Translations under genes and position numbers: made by a program
Notes under the pieces: generated by a model
Database searches by the model: none
What the model saw: only the letters and a program-made list of their open reading frames with translations
Told to the model about the DNA's origin: nothing
Part shown: positions 62,977-64,000 of the stretch, piece by piece
Layout of the letters: every line of letters starts with the position of its first letter
How positions within the stretch are numbered: position 1 is the first letter of the stretch
Assembly: GCA_964433675.1 (NCBI GenBank)
Contig: CAYSSJ010000002.1
Location: 7,471-71,470, forward strand
Reading direction: 5' to 3'
DNA from: an uncultured Candidatus Cloacimonadota bacterium
GTDB taxonomy: Bacteria > Cloacimonadota > Cloacimonadia > Cloacimonadales > TCS61
DNA: 64,000 bases

Positions 62977-64000
62977 TGTTTTCTACTCCCACTAAGTTAT
63001 ATATTTTCCCGTTCACAATAGTCATTACTATCTTTCCCTTCAGGATTCTGTTTTGAAATGGCGAATATTTTGCCTTTGATTTGAATTTTTGCGGTTCTAC
63101 CTTCCCATTACTATCCCGATCGATTATAATAAGATCAGCATAATAACCTGCAGCTATTCTCCCCCGCTTTGATGCTCCAAAAATATGAGCCGGGTTTGCT
63201 GCTGTCAGTTCGGCGACCTTCTCATAAGCTATCGTTCCTTTCAGATAGGCGTCAATCAGAAGTGGCATAGTAGTCTCCAATCCTGGGAAACCTGATGGTG
63301 CTTGCTGATATGGTCTTTTCTTCTCCTCCACTGTGTGTGGTGCATGATCTGAGCCGATAGTATCTACACTTCCGTCGATAATTCCCCGCCAGAGAGCTTC
63401 GTTATCTGCTTGCGTTCTAAGAGGTGGGTTTACTTTACCGAAATTGCCTACTTCGTCTAGTATTGTCTTATCCAAAAATAGATGATGAGGGGTAACTTCA
63501 CTATAGATTTCGTTATCATCTTTGAAAGCTCTGATCAAATCCAATTCCTCTTTAGTAGATACATGGGCAATATAAAGCTTGTTTTTGATCTCGTTGCAGA
63601 GGGTAAGTACGAGTTTGGTACCCTGTATAGTGCATTCACGAGCTCTGATGAGATCATGGTTGGAAAGGGTGGCTTCAAGATTAGACTTGTCTATACAAGA
63701 CTGTAATTCCGTATGAACAGCTACCGGCACATCATGTTCTTTGACTATTGAGAATATTTTGCGAAGGTCTTCTTTGCGTTCTATTATGGCATTTGTGCTC
63801 GATTCTGCTAAAAAGATTTTAATGCCAACCACATCTTTAGGTTCGGATTTGAGCAGTTTATCCAAATTTGCCCATGAATCTTCGGCAATGCCGAGATAAT
63901 AGCCTCTATTTATCTTTGCCTTTTTTGCTGCATTACGCTTTAAATACAGTGAATCCAGATCAATAGTTGGAGGGATTGTATTGGGCATATCGAAAATGGT
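62966..64000 (-). CDS. pyrC: Dihydroorotase (5'-truncated by the window)
   Basis: DMPNT, HVST, EVTPHHL, KVNPPLR, GSDHAPH, SGFPGLET; open to the window edge. Confidence 0.92.
   Translation of the reverse strand, partial: TIFDMPNTIPPTIDLDSLYLKRNAAKKAKINRGYYLGIAEDSWANLDKLLKSEPKDVVGIKIFLAESSTNAIIERKEDLRKIFSIVKEHDVPVAVHTELQSCIDKSNLEATLSNHDLIRARECTIQGTKLVLTLCNEIKNKLYIAHVSTKEELDLIRAFKDDNEIYSEVTPHHLFLDKTILDEVGNFGKVNPPLRTQADNEALWRGIIDGSVDTIGSDHAPHTVEEKKRPYQQAPSGFPGLETTMPLLIDAYLKGTIAYEKVAELTAANPAHIFGASKRGRIAAGYYADLIIIDRDSNGKVEPQKFKSKAKYSPFQNRILKGKIVMTIVNGKIYNLVGVENNDQ

Overview
A 64-kb bacterial chromosome segment, most likely from Cloacimonadota/FCB (FlgD-Ig-like secretion tail on a GLUG protein, IleRS2, amino-acid fermentation genes; taxonomy is inferred). 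1-9.9 kb: housekeeping genes (ileS, DUF1015, rimO, trpS, secG, rlmD, GT2) and a tRNA-Leu with the rare AAG anticodon. 10-27.6 kb: two glutamate dehydrogenases with NAD- and NADP-type signatures and two ~990-aa receiver/dikinase-like paralogs. They are separated by a ~9-kb AT-rich island (esterase, S41 peptidase, orphan kinase, Zn-peptidase plus Schlafen/AlbA, type II R-M) with attC-like borders, no integrase and several repeat families. 27.8-37 kb: envelope genes, recR, ybaB, rsmI. 37-43.6 kb: the most unusual locus, an operon tdh-acpS-acsA-ACP-kbl-satP followed by a separately transcribed second kbl, suggesting a carrier-protein-linked threonine/glycine/acetate pathway. 43.9-46.2 kb: a GLUG-repeat secreted protein between short-repeat patchworks. 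47.2-64 kb: a pyrimidine/purine super-operon with eukaryote-like enzymes (PyrE-PyrF, PurC plus class II PurE, long GMP synthase). All calls are from motif recognition by eye; no database searches were run.
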